This document shows, in pieces, positions 1 through 9,518 of a DNA stretch of 64,000 nucleotides. Source of the DNA: Clostridiales bacterium. Its GTDB lineage: Bacteria; Bacillota; Clostridia; Christensenellales; SZUA-584. Location: positions 484 through 64,483 of the forward strand of contig JAJUJH010000001.1 in assembly GCA_029265435.1 (NCBI GenBank), written 5' to 3'. Under the pieces are notes generated by a model. That model did no database searches. It worked only from the letters and a program-made list of their open reading frames with translations, and was not told the origin of the DNA. A program made the position numbers and the translations under genes. Position 1 is the stretch's first letter. The number at the start of each line of letters is the position of its first letter.

Positions 1-490
1 GGCTGATCAGCGTGGTGGCGTCCGGCTTTTTCAAATCCGAGCCGAGCTTTGCGAACACCTTGTTGTAGCTGACGCCGACCGACGCTGTGACCCCCAGTTC
101 GCGCCTGACGCGGCTTCTGATTTCGTCCGCGATGCGCACGCCGTCTTCGCCGCTCACATCGAGCCACGCTTCGTCCAGGCCGAACGGTTCGATCCGGAAG
201 GTATAATCCGCGTAGATGCTGCGCGCGAGCTTCGCGTACCGCAGATAAAGCGGGTAGTTCGGCGGAAGCACGATGAGACCGCCGCATTTTTCGCGCGCCT
301 GCCAGAGCGCTTCGCCGGTGCGCACGCCCGCCGCCTTGGCAATATCGTTTTTGGCAAGCACAATGCCGTGGCGAAGCTCTTCGTCGCCGCCCACCACCAC
401 CGGCTTGTTTCTGATTTCAGGCCGGTGCACGCATTCGACGCTCGCGTAAAAATTGTTCATATCCGCATGCAAAATGACACGCTGTTTCAT
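1..490 (-). CDS. dinB: DNA polymerase IV (Y-family translesion polymerase), N-terminal part; gene runs off the window start
   Basis: Own translation of the minus strand from ATG at 490-488: MKQRVILHADMNNFYASVECVHRPEIRNKPVVVGGDEELRHGIVLAKNDIAKAAGVRTGEALWQAREKC...SVGVSYNKVFAKLGSDLKKPDA. This is a typical ImpB/DinB catalytic core. It is absent from the ORF track because it is truncated by the window edge. Confidence 0.85.
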   Translation of the reverse strand, partial: MKQRVILHADMNNFYASVECVHRPEIRNKPVVVGGDEELRHGIVLAKNDIAKAAGVRTGEALWQAREKCGGLIVLPPNYPLYLRYAKLARSIYADYTFRIEPFGLDEAWLDVSGEDGVRIADEIRSRVRRELGVTASVGVSYNKVFAKLGSDLKKPDATTLIS

Positions 491-501
491 TTCTTAAACC
501 C

Positions 502-515
502 CGAACATATGTTCG
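502..515. promoter_or_regulatory. LexA (SOS / Cheo) box CGAACATATGTTCG controlling dinB
   Basis: Perfect palindrome matching the Firmicutes LexA consensus CGAAC-N4-GTTCG. It lies 11 nt upstream of the dinB ATG and 5 nt downstream of a minus-strand TATAAT (526-521), which has a TTGTTT -35 (549-544) and a 17-nt spacer. Confidence 0.7.
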
Positions 516-772
516 ACTATATTATATTCCGCTCCTTTTTAAAAAACAACAGGGAAATGTATGAAAGAGAGAATCATGAACTCAAAAAAAAGGACGGGCG
601 CCCATCGCAAACAGGCCGTCTCAAAAAACCGCCTTCATCCGCTGCGGAGCTTTGGGAACAAGCCGGAAAAACGGTTTTTCGTTTTCATCATCTATAAAAA
701 AAACCAAACCGATGATATAATAAAACGGTTCAGTTTTTTGGACGATATTTTTTCGCCAAGGGAGGCGTGTTC

Positions 773-1324
773 ATGGACGATAATCTGCGCCAGATATCCA
801 GCCGGATTAAGGAATTGCGCGATATTTTGGGCATTGGCGCCGCGGAAATGGCGGCCGGAATCGGCGTGCCCGAAAAAACGTATATCGACTATGAGGAGGG
901 CGTGCGGGACATCCCTATCAGCGTGCTTTATAAAATCGCAGGGGAGCTGAAGACCGATCCGACGGTGCTGCTGACGGGAGAAGCGCCGCGCATGAACACT
1001 CACAGCATAGTTCGCGCGGGGCACGGCGTCGACATAGAGCGCTACCCGGGCTACAGCTATTCGAGCCTTGCGTACAACTTCATCGGGCGCGATATGGAGC
1101 CGCTGCTGGTTTCGCTGCAGCCGGAGGATAAAACGCCGGCGCTTGTGGTGCATGGCGGACAGGAGTTCAACTATGTGCTGGAAGGCAAGATGCGCGTGAC
1201 GCTCGGCAAGCACACGTATGACTTGAGCGCGGGGGACTGCATCTATTTTGACCCCAAGCTGCCGCATGCGCAAAGCGCGGTGGACGCGCCCGCCAAATTT
1301 TTGACCATCATTAACGAAAAATAA
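773..1324 (+). CDS. XRE-family HTH plus C-terminal cupin domain transcriptional regulator
   Basis: ORF 767..1324. The N-terminus LRQISSRIKELRDILGIGAAEMAAGIGVPEKTYIDYEEG is an XRE HTH. The C-terminus (HGGQEFNYVLEGKMRVTLG...GDCIYFDPKLPH) is cupin-like. GGAGG at 761-765 favours the ATG at 773. Confidence 0.8.
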   Translation: MDDNLRQISSRIKELRDILGIGAAEMAAGIGVPEKTYIDYEEGVRDIPISVLYKIAGELKTDPTVLLTGEAPRMNTHSIVRAGHGVDIERYPGYSYSSLAYNFIGRDMEPLLVSLQPEDKTPALVVHGGQEFNYVLEGKMRVTLGKHTYDLSAGDCIYFDPKLPHAQSAVDAPAKFLTIINEK

Positions 1325-1339
1325 CGGAGACATCATCAC

Positions 1340-3019
1340 ATGAGCGAAATAATGAGCCGGTACTGCCCGCGCATCACATTTGATTCGTATGAGGATTTCA
1401 AACAAAACTATGTATGCAACGAGCCCGAAAGCTTCAACTTTGCGTACGATGTTGTGGACGAATGGGCGCGGCTCGATCCCGAAAAGCCCGCTTTGGTATG
1501 GACGAACGACAACGCCGAAATGAAGCGGTTTTCGTTTGCCGACATGAAGGCGCTGAGCGACCGCGCCGCGAATATGATCCGCTCCTTCGGCATCAAAAAG
1601 GGCGACGTGGTGATGCTGATATTGAAACAGCGCCCGGAGGTATGGGTATGCATGACGGCGCTGATGAAGATGGGCGCCATCTGCATTCCGGCGAGCTATC
1701 AGCTCACGCCAAAGGATATCGTTTACCGCTGCAATATCGCAAACGTGAAAATGCTGATCTGTGTGGATGAGGATGAGGTCGTCCGGCATATCAACGCCGC
1801 GCTGCCCGAATGCCAAACGCTTGAAACGCTTATTTCGGTTGGGGACAACCCTCCCAAAGGATATCGGTGCTTCAAAGACGAAATGCAAAAGGCGGACGCC
1901 GTTTTCACGCGCCCGACGGGAAGTGAAGCCGCGAAGAACACCGATACGATGCTGATCTATTTTTCTTCCGGCACAACGGGTATGCCCAAAATGGTATGGC
2001 ATGATTTTGCGTTTCCGTTGGGGCATATCGTGACGGCGAAGTATTGGCAGTGCGTGATAGACGGACGCATTCATATGACGCAGACGGATTCGGGCTGGGC
2101 GAAATTTGCGTGGGGAAAGATATTCGGGCAATGGATATGCGGCGCGGCCATCGGCGCGTACGATACCGAGAAGTTTGTGCCGCACAAGCTGCTGGATGCG
2201 CTGATGCGCATAAAGCCCGCCACATTCTGCGCTCCCGCGACGATATACCGCTATCTCATCAAGGAAGATTTGTCGGGCTACGATTTGAGCTTTATTGAGC
2301 ATGCGAGCCTTGCGGGAGAACCGCTGAACCCCGAAGTGTTTAAAAAGATAAAGGAGCTGACGGGCCTGACGGTGTACGAAGGGTTCGGACAGACCGAATC
2401 GTCGGTGCTGCTTGCAAATTTCCCGTGGATCGAAATCAAACCCGGTTCGATGGGGAAGCCGTCGCCGCTGTACCATATCGATTTGATCGATGCGGACGGC
2501 AACCCGTGCGAAGACGGCGTGGTGGGTTCCATCGTCATCAAGGATACCGATAAGAAGCATCCGCTCGGGCTTTTCCACGGCTATTACAAAGACGAGGAAA
2601 CCACGCTGAAATCGTGGCATGACGGGGTTTACAACACGGGCGATATGGCATGGCGCGACGCGGACGGCTATTATTGGTTCGTGGGGCGCAGCGACGACGT
2701 AATCAAATGCTCGGGATACCGCATCGGGCCGTTTGAGGTGGAAAGCGTGCTGATCGAGCATCCGTCGGTGCTTGAGTGTGCGGTGACGGCCGCGCCCGAC
2801 CCTGTGCGCGGGCAGGTGGTCAAGGCCACCATCGTTCTCGCAAAGGGATACGAGCCGAGCGACGCGCTCATAAAAGAGCTTCAGGATTATGTGAAAAAGA
2901 CGACCGCACCGTATAAGTATCCGCGCATCGTGGAATTTGTATCGGCGCTGCCCAAAACCACAAGCGATAAAATACAGCGAAACGTGATCCGTGAGAGGGA
3001 CCTCGGGAAACGGCAGTGA
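1340..3019 (+). CDS. AMP-forming acyl-CoA synthetase (medium-chain acyl-CoA ligase-like)
   Basis: 559 aa with the AMP-binding signature YFSSGTTGMPKMV, plus YGQTE-like GFGQTES and GDMAWRDADGYYWFVGRSDDVIK motifs. Confidence 0.85.
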   Translation: MSEIMSRYCPRITFDSYEDFKQNYVCNEPESFNFAYDVVDEWARLDPEKPALVWTNDNAEMKRFSFADMKALSDRAANMIRSFGIKKGDVVMLILKQRPEVWVCMTALMKMGAICIPASYQLTPKDIVYRCNIANVKMLICVDEDEVVRHINAALPECQTLETLISVGDNPPKGYRCFKDEMQKADAVFTRPTGSEAAKNTDTMLIYFSSGTTGMPKMVWHDFAFPLGHIVTAKYWQCVIDGRIHMTQTDSGWAKFAWGKIFGQWICGAAIGAYDTEKFVPHKLLDALMRIKPATFCAPATIYRYLIKEDLSGYDLSFIEHASLAGEPLNPEVFKKIKELTGLTVYEGFGQTESSVLLANFPWIEIKPGSMGKPSPLYHIDLIDADGNPCEDGVVGSIVIKDTDKKHPLGLFHGYYKDEETTLKSWHDGVYNTGDMAWRDADGYYWFVGRSDDVIKCSGYRIGPFEVESVLIEHPSVLECAVTAAPDPVRGQVVKATIVLAKGYEPSDALIKELQDYVKKTTAPYKYPRIVEFVSALPKTTSDKIQRNVIRERDLGKRQ

Positions 3020-3075
3020 TAACCGCCGCTTGATGTGCTCGCATGACCAGTATGCGATACTGGCAAAAGAGGTGC

Positions 3076-3849
3076 ATGATGAAGTTTGAAAATAAAATCT
3101 GCGTGGTGACGGGCGGCGCGAACGGCATCGGACGATGCGTTGCCGAAGCGTTTTTGGATGAAGGCGCAAGCGTGGCCGTCTTCGATACGGACGGCGTGTC
3201 GGGCGAAAAGCTGGCTTTCAAATACGGGGAGAGGCTGCTCTTTTTCAAAGGCAGTATTGCGGAGAAGCCTGCGCTTGAACGCTTTGCCCGAAGCGTGCTT
3301 GAAAGGTTCGGACAGGTTGACTGTCTGGTCAACAACGCGTGCATCAGCAAAAAGGGGCTGCTTTCGGGCTGTTCATATGAGGATTTTGTCGAAACGCTTC
3401 GTATCGGCGTGGCCGCGCCGTATTACCTGACGCTGCTTTTTAAAGACCGTTTTTCAAAAGGCGCGTCGGTCGTCAACATATCATCCACACGGCAGATGAT
3501 GTCTCAGCCGGATACCGAAAGCTATTCGGCGGCCAAAGGCGGCATTGGTGCGCTGACACACGCGCTTTGCGTGAGCCTTTCGGGCAAGGTGCGCGTCAAC
3601 GCGGTGAGCCCCGGCTGGATCGACACGGGAGCGTATCAGCATGAAGATGAGTATGCGCCGGTTTATTCGGCGGCGGACGAAGCGCAGCATCCGGCGGGCC
3701 GCGTGGGCAGGCCCTCCGATATCGCGGCCATGGTGCTTTATTTATGCGGCGAAGAAGCGGGCTTTATTGACGGGCAGAACATCGTGGTGGACGGCGGCAT
3801 GACGCGCCGCATGATCTACCACGGGGACGACGGTTGGACGCTCAAATGA
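3076..3849 (+). CDS. SDR-family short-chain dehydrogenase/reductase
   Basis: VTGGANGIGR Rossmann motif, NNAC, and the catalytic YSAAK motif. The start is probably one of the ATG ATG pair at 3076/3079 rather than 3043. Confidence 0.85.
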   Translation: MMKFENKICVVTGGANGIGRCVAEAFLDEGASVAVFDTDGVSGEKLAFKYGERLLFFKGSIAEKPALERFARSVLERFGQVDCLVNNACISKKGLLSGCSYEDFVETLRIGVAAPYYLTLLFKDRFSKGASVVNISSTRQMMSQPDTESYSAAKGGIGALTHALCVSLSGKVRVNAVSPGWIDTGAYQHEDEYAPVYSAADEAQHPAGRVGRPSDIAAMVLYLCGEEAGFIDGQNIVVDGGMTRRMIYHGDDGWTLK

Positions 3850-3867
3850 GTGACGCAGTTTGCGCCG

Positions 3868-4836
3868 TCAGCCGAAATAATCCGCGATGCCGTTGGCGAT
3901 GCCCTGCGCGCAAAGCGTCTGGTAATCGTCACTGACGAGCAGCTTGTCTTCATCCTCGTTTGTCATATATCCCATTTCAATATTGCAGACGGGTACGGTG
4001 CTCCAGTTAAAGCCCGTTTGGTCGCTCCGGGCCTGAAGACCGAGGTTTTTTGCGCCCGTCACGGCGCAAAACGCGTCGATGATGCGGCGGCCCGCTTTTT
4101 TGCTTGCGTCGTTGATGGAGCTGGTGCAGTCGTTTGACGGAACGAGCATAAACGCGCCGTGAACCGACTGGTCGTCGTTGCCGTTGCAGTGAATGCGGAT
4201 CACGAGGTCCGCGCCCGCGGCGTTCATCATTTCCGCACGTTCCTTATTGGAGATGTTCACATCGTTTGATTCGCGCGTCATGACCACTTCTGCGCCAAGG
4301 CCTGTCAGCAGGTCTTTGAGCTTAAGCCCCACCTGAAGATTCACCTTGTATTCCGCGACTCCCGTAAAGCGCCCCTGTGTGCCCGAAGACACCTTCTTCT
4401 TTGTTTCATCCGAGCCGGGCGCAACGGGTTCCTGCTCCGAGTTGGCATGCGCCTGATGACCGGGGTCAATGCCGATCACGATGCCCGAAAGCGGCGTTCC
4501 CGACGCGGCCGAAACGGGAGGACGGGAGGATGAGGGCTGCGCGGGCTTTTCGGTTGTTTTTGGGGGCGTTGTTACCGCAGAGGGGGATGGCTCGTCCGTC
4601 ACAGACGGCTGAGCCGTTTGGGTATTGTCGGGCCGCGTGGTAACGATCGGCGTCGGCGCCGCCTGAGACTCGGACGGAGAGACGGACGGTGCCGTTTGGG
4701 ACGGCTGGGCGGCTGTGGATATTTCAGCGGCTTGCCCGCATGCTCCCAAAAGCATCAGCGCCGCAATGAGTATGACAAATGACTTGATTGTTTTCCTCAC
4801 AGTGATGGTATCCTTCTTTGAGGCCATAAGGGCCAT
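3868..4836 (-). CDS. N-acetylmuramoyl-L-alanine amidase (Amidase_3 family) lipoprotein with Pro/Thr/Ser-rich linker
   Basis: Signal peptide with lipobox (LMLLGAC), a low-complexity PT-rich linker, then IVIGIDPGHQ...VIRIHCNG...CNIEMGYMTN, typical of CwlD/AmiC-type amidases. Confidence 0.8.
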   Translation of the reverse strand: MALMASKKDTITVRKTIKSFVILIAALMLLGACGQAAEISTAAQPSQTAPSVSPSESQAAPTPIVTTRPDNTQTAQPSVTDEPSPSAVTTPPKTTEKPAQPSSSRPPVSAASGTPLSGIVIGIDPGHQAHANSEQEPVAPGSDETKKKVSSGTQGRFTGVAEYKVNLQVGLKLKDLLTGLGAEVVMTRESNDVNISNKERAEMMNAAGADLVIRIHCNGNDDQSVHGAFMLVPSNDCTSSINDASKKAGRRIIDAFCAVTGAKNLGLQARSDQTGFNWSTVPVCNIEMGYMTNEDEDKLLVSDDYQTLCAQGIANGIADYFG

Positions 4837-5124
4837 TTTTGTTTCCGGGGATCAATTTCATGCCGGAATGACGTACTTCCATAATAAGTTTGTGTGCATC
4901 GTATGTCAACGTGTGAAGACCGGAATCAACGCTGACAATCCCTTATATGCGCAAGCTTGTACCGAAGAAGACCATATTCATACCATATGATAACGATATT
5001 GGAATGATTGCGTCGAAAAATATCGAAAAAATAAAAAAATTTAATTTTTTGATAGCACTTTTGCGGTTTCAGAACGTCTTATATGTGTGCGCAAAACTGC
5101 ACAAAATAAACAGCGCCATACCCT

Positions 5125-5289
5125 GTGCGGACCGCACGGCCTTTATGCGGCTGGTGCGGTCCGCCATCTCCCAAAAAAGGGACAGCGGAGCCGGTATATT
5201 GGGCAGGAGCAGTCAGAAGCGATCTTCCCGCGCAGGCCATGCGGACACCCCATCCCGTCCGTATGGCCTGCCATCTCCCAACAGCGGAA
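5125..5289 (+). repeat. Two diverged direct-repeat modules, each a long hairpin followed by GCCATCTCCCAA and CAGCGGA
   Basis: Hairpin A: 5127-5137 pairs with 5154-5164 (11 bp). Hairpin B: 5232-5246 pairs with 5257-5271 (15 bp, one G-T). GCCATCTCCCAA occurs at 5163-5174 and 5270-5281. CAGCGGA occurs at 5183-5189 and 5282-5288. Both stems contain GCGGAC...GTCCG. Confidence 0.5.
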
Positions 5290-5365
5290 GGCCGATAAAG
5301 CCTTTTTTTAATTTGCATATTCCATCATTTGCATTTATCATGTGTATATCTGAAAGGAGCGCGAA

Positions 5366-6922
5366 ATGAGATCGAATATAAAAGCGGTATTGGCGGTTAT
5401 CGTTTGTTTGGCCATGCTTCTTGCTGCGGCATGTTCGGCCTCGCATCCCGCCGAATCCGAATCGGCGCAGGCGTCCGTTCCGCCGGAAGCGCCCGCACCG
5501 GCGGAAAGCCCCGACATGCAGCAGATCGGGCTTCCGTCGCGAACAAAGGAAACGGGCAGCCCAAAGTATGTGTTTCTGTTTATCGGAGACGGCATGTCCT
5601 TTGCGCAGGTGAACGCGGCGCAGATATTCAAAGCCGCGGACGGCGATACGGCCATCGGAAGCCTGAGCTTTACCGTGTTTCCCGTTACCGGTACGGCGAC
5701 CACATTCGATCTGACGTCGGTCATTCCCGATTCGGCATCGGCGGCGACGGCGATGGCGTGCGGCATCAAAACCCAGAGCGGCATGCTTGGCATGACGGAG
5801 GATGATGAAAAGATACCAAAGAACATTGCCGAATTGTTCAAAGAGAACGGCGGAAAAGTCGGCATTGTATCCACGGTGTCTTTAAACAACGCGACGCCGG
5901 CGGCGTTTTATGCACATACGGATTCGCGGGGGGATTATGATGACATTGCGCGGCAGATGGCCCAAAGCGGTATCGATTATTTTGGCGGCGGGTCTTTGGT
6001 CAGCCCTTCCGGCTCAAAAGGACAGCAGGCAGACGCATTTGACCTGTTCGCGCAAAACGGGTATGCCATCGCCGATACAAAGGAAAAGATAATGGCGGTC
6101 AGCGGCGCTTCAGGCAAAACGTATGCGGTGAGTCCCGCGCTTCAAAGCGCTTCGGCGATGCCGTTTTCATTGGATGCGGAGAAAGGCGGGCTGACGCTTG
6201 CCGATTTTGTGCGGAAGGGGATCGACGCGCTTGATAACGAAAAAGGGTTTTTCATGATGTGCGAATCCGGAATGATCGATTGGGCATGCCACGCCAACGA
6301 TGCGATGACGGCCATTTCCGAAACGCTTGTGCTGGAGGATGCGGTGGCCGAAGCGGTCGGGTTCGCGCAGGCGCATCCGGAAGAAACGCTGATCGTTGTG
6401 ACGGGAGACCATGAGACGGGCGGCATGGCGATCGGCTGTGCGGATACCGGCTACAATACGCGCTTTTCACTGCTCAAAGGGCAGACGCTTTCCTATTCGG
6501 CTTTTGACGCCGCATTTCAGGAGCTGAAAAAGAGCAAGACGCAGCTGTTGATGAGCGATGTGGTGCCGCTTATCAAGCGGAGCTTTGGTCTTGCCGCACC
6601 GGATGATACGGCGGAAAACCTGTATGCCGTCCTGACCGCGGACGAATACCAAAGGCTGCTTGATGCGCTGGAGGCATCGCTTAACGGCGTACCCGGTTCC
6701 GATGAGGCGAAGCGGCTGTACGGAGGCTATGAACCGCTGACGGTGACGCTGACACATATACTTGACAACAAGGCGGGCATCGGCTGGACGACGTATGCGC
6801 ATACGGGCGGTCTTGTGCCGGTATATGCATACGGCAGGGGCGCGGAAATGTTCGCCGGGTCTTACGACAATACGGATATATTTAAAAAGCTTGCGAAAGT
6901 CTGCGGGCTGAACGCAGACTGA
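5366..6922 (+). CDS. Alkaline phosphatase (PhoA family) lipoprotein
   Basis: Lipobox LLAAAC. Active-site region VIPDSASAATAMACGIKT (D-S-A-x-x-x-T-A) and metal-site motif VTGDHETGG. AAAGGAG RBS before the ATG. Confidence 0.85.
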   Translation: MRSNIKAVLAVIVCLAMLLAAACSASHPAESESAQASVPPEAPAPAESPDMQQIGLPSRTKETGSPKYVFLFIGDGMSFAQVNAAQIFKAADGDTAIGSLSFTVFPVTGTATTFDLTSVIPDSASAATAMACGIKTQSGMLGMTEDDEKIPKNIAELFKENGGKVGIVSTVSLNNATPAAFYAHTDSRGDYDDIARQMAQSGIDYFGGGSLVSPSGSKGQQADAFDLFAQNGYAIADTKEKIMAVSGASGKTYAVSPALQSASAMPFSLDAEKGGLTLADFVRKGIDALDNEKGFFMMCESGMIDWACHANDAMTAISETLVLEDAVAEAVGFAQAHPEETLIVVTGDHETGGMAIGCADTGYNTRFSLLKGQTLSYSAFDAAFQELKKSKTQLLMSDVVPLIKRSFGLAAPDDTAENLYAVLTADEYQRLLDALEASLNGVPGSDEAKRLYGGYEPLTVTLTHILDNKAGIGWTTYAHTGGLVPVYAYGRGAEMFAGSYDNTDIFKKLAKVCGLNAD

Positions 6923-7011
6923 ATAGCAAGGGCGCGGCCCTTTGCCTGCGCAAAGCCGCACGCCATACGGTCAGCGCCCGGCGACGGCGGCTCGGATGCC
7001 GTTTGGGAAAT

Positions 7012-7809
7012 TCACTCGGCCTTGATATACTGGCTGACGATCGTTTGGATTTCGCCCGACGCTTCAAGCTCCGCGATTGCCGAATTGATGAGCTTGAGCA
7101 AGGACGAGTTGTTTTTGTTTACCGCGATGGCGTAGCTGTCCGTTCTGTAAAGCGTATCGAGGAGTTCAACGCCTGTGTTTTCAAGATCCAGCTCGACGGC
7201 GGGGGCACGGTCTGTGACGACGGCATCCACGCCTCCGCTGATCAGCGCCTGAACCGCTTCCGCCCCGGTTGCAAACCGGGATATGGGCGCTTCTCCGAAC
7301 TGCTCGACGCAATAGGTTTCTCCCGCTGTGTTTTCCACAACGCCCAGCTTTTTACCCGTCAAATCGGCGGGCGATGAGATATCGGATTCGCTCGGCACGA
7401 TGACGGCCTGTTTTCCCACCACATAGGGGATTGTGAAGCTGACGGACGCAAGCCATGTTTCGCTGGCGGTCAATGCCGCCATGCCGATGTCGGCCGTTCC
7501 GTTCTGCACGGCGGGAACGATTTCGTCGAATCCCATTTGTCTGATTTCAAGCAAATAGCCTGTCTTTTCCGCGATTTTCCGGGCAATGTCAATGTCGATC
7601 CCGACGATATCCTGTTCGTTTAGGTACTCGTACGGCGCAAACGAGGCGTCCGTCGCCATTACAAGCTTCGGAGGGCCCGTTTCATCCGTTGTTTCGCCGT
7701 CTGCATCGCCGACTGCGCTTTCTTCAATATTAAGCGGCGTACACGCTCCGAACACAGCGGACAAACCGATCAAAAGCGCAAGCAGCACCGCGGTTTTTTT
7801 TGCTTTCAT
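7012..7809 (-). CDS. Polar amino-acid ABC transporter substrate-binding lipoprotein (second copy in the operon)
   Basis: Internal ATG at 7809 gives MKAKKTAVLLALLIGLSAVFGAC (lipobox). FAPYEY...GIDIDIARKIAEK...DIGMAALT is the family-3 SBP signature. Paralogous to the 9519..10376 gene. Confidence 0.85.
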   Translation of the reverse strand: MKAKKTAVLLALLIGLSAVFGACTPLNIEESAVGDADGETTDETGPPKLVMATDASFAPYEYLNEQDIVGIDIDIARKIAEKTGYLLEIRQMGFDEIVPAVQNGTADIGMAALTASETWLASVSFTIPYVVGKQAVIVPSESDISSPADLTGKKLGVVENTAGETYCVEQFGEAPISRFATGAEAVQALISGGVDAVVTDRAPAVELDLENTGVELLDTLYRTDSYAIAVNKNNSSLLKLINSAIAELEASGEIQTIVSQYIKAE

Positions 7810-7958
7810 TTGGGGGTCTCCCGTCGGTTGAATTTTGGACGTTTTTATTATATGACATTTCTTGAAACCGCTCAATAAAGGCCGGACGATTATTTGTGCG
7901 ATACCGGAATGAAAATAAAAAAGCCGCGCAGACATGGCGCGGCCGCAGATTCGTTGGA

Positions 7959-8699
7959 TCAGAGCACCTTGGCGAGAAAGCTTTTCAGCCGTTCGCTTTG
8001 AGGACGGTCAAACAGCTCGGCGGGTTTGTTTTCTTCGATAACACGGCCTTCGTCCATAAACAGCACGCGGGTTCCCACCTCGCGCGCGAAGCCCATTTCG
8101 TGTGTGACCACCACCATGGTCATGCCGCCCTGTGCGAGAGACTTCATCACGTCAAGCACCTCGCCGACCATTTCGGGGTCGAGCGCGGAAGTGGGTTCGT
8201 CGAACAGCATCACGTCGGGGTTCATGCACAGCGCCCGCACGATTGCAATGCGCTGTTTTTGGCCGCCCGAGAGCTGAGCGGGGTAAGCTTCCGCGCGGTC
8301 TGCAAGCCCCACGCGCTTCAAAAGCGTCATGGCACGGTCTCTGGCTTCCTCCTCGGAAAGCTTGAGCAGCTTCACCGGCGCAAGCGTCATGTTTTTGATA
8401 ACCTTCATGTGCGGAAACAGATTGAACTGCTGGAATACCATGCCCATCTTCTGGCGGTGGATATTGATATCCACATTGGGATCCGTAATGTCTATACCCT
8501 CGAAGAATACGTGACCGCCTGTCGGAACCTCCAGCAGGTTCAGGCAGCGAAGGTATGTGGATTTTCCCGAGCCGGACGGCCCGATGATCACCGCGACATC
8601 GCCCTTATGAATTTCGGAATCGATGCCGTCAAGCGCTTTGATAGCGCCGTAATGTTTTTCAAGCCCTTGTGTGCGAATCAAAACGTCGTTATCGGTCAC
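7959..8699 (-). CDS. Polar amino-acid ABC transporter ATP-binding protein (GlnQ-like)
   Basis: Walker [10 protein letters not shown], signature LSGGQKQR, Walker [12 protein letters not shown]. Confidence 0.9.
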   Translation of the reverse strand: MTDNDVLIRTQGLEKHYGAIKALDGIDSEIHKGDVAVIIGPSGSGKSTYLRCLNLLEVPTGGHVFFEGIDITDPNVDINIHRQKMGMVFQQFNLFPHMKVIKNMTLAPVKLLKLSEEEARDRAMTLLKRVGLADRAEAYPAQLSGGQKQRIAIVRALCMNPDVMLFDEPTSALDPEMVGEVLDVMKSLAQGGMTMVVVTHEMGFAREVGTRVLFMDEGRVIEENKPAELFDRPQSERLKSFLAKVL

Positions 8700-9393
8700 T
8701 GCGTCTCAGCCTCCTTTCAAGCTTGCTCACGCCCCACGAAAGCAGCATGACCAGCATCAGGTAGATCAGCGCCACCGCAAGCAGCGGCAGCGTGTACGCA
8801 AATGTGGCGCCGCCGATGATAAACCCGCCGCGCGTGAGCTCTTCAACGGAGATGTAGCCGGCTACGGAGGTTTCCTTGATCAGCACGATAAACTCGTTGG
8901 CAAGCGCGGGAACAACATTTTTAAACGCCTGCGGCATGATGATGTGCCACATCGTCTGATTATAGCTGAACCCAAGGCTTCTGCCGGCTTCAAACTGGCC
9001 CGCTTCAATCGCATTGATTCCGCTGCGGAATATCTCGGCCACATAAGCGCCCGAGTTGATGCCGAAAGACAGTATCGCAATCGGGATCTTATAATCGGTG
9101 GGTGCGGCGGCGAATATGACAAAATAAGCGATCATGATTTGCACCATCACCGGTGTGCCGCGAATCACCGTCAGATAAACCTTGCATATTGTGTTGCTGA
9201 TTTTGAGTTTGCCGGTTCTATCGTGCGTGGTGCGTATAACCGAAACGATAAAGCCGATTATGATGCCGATCATGACGGCGAACAGTGTGATGATCAGCGT
9301 ATTGAGCAAGCCGTTCGTGATGAATTTCCAGCGATCGTGATCGATAAAGGCGATTGTGAAATCCTTCACGAATTGCTGCCACCACTCAGCCAT
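8689..9393 (-). CDS. Polar amino-acid ABC transporter permease (His/Glu/Gln/Arg/opine family)
   Basis: Multi-TM protein with the EAA-like loop [15 protein letters not shown]. Overlaps the ATPase gene start by 11 nt. Confidence 0.9.
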   Translation of the reverse strand: MAEWWQQFVKDFTIAFIDHDRWKFITNGLLNTLIITLFAVMIGIIIGFIVSVIRTTHDRTGKLKISNTICKVYLTVIRGTPVMVQIMIAYFVIFAAAPTDYKIPIAILSFGINSGAYVAEIFRSGINAIEAGQFEAGRSLGFSYNQTMWHIIMPQAFKNVVPALANEFIVLIKETSVAGYISVEELTRGGFIIGGATFAYTLPLLAVALIYLMLVMLLSWGVSKLERRLRRSDR

Positions 9394-9518
9394 ATAAACC
9401 CCCTCCTTTTGCCGAAAGCTGATTAAAAAAAGGCTGCCTGAAACGCCAGGCAGCCCTGTTGTTATCGCATTTGCTCTGCCCTTTCAAAAGTAACAGCGGA
9501 GCTGTGCTTTGTCAAGGA

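Noticed and set aside
692-3169. 825-aa minus-strand ORF spanning the XRE-cupin, acyl-CoA synthetase and SDR genes
   Set aside because: It is an antisense shadow ORF typical of GC-rich DNA. The translation is Arg/His/Ala-rich low-complexity sequence with no motifs, while the plus-strand genes carry clear family signatures.
5087-5311. Small ORFs (74-79 aa on both strands) covering the tandem hairpin modules
   Set aside because: They run through long perfect inverted repeats and have no RBS. The repeat and hairpin structure explains the sequence better than coding does.
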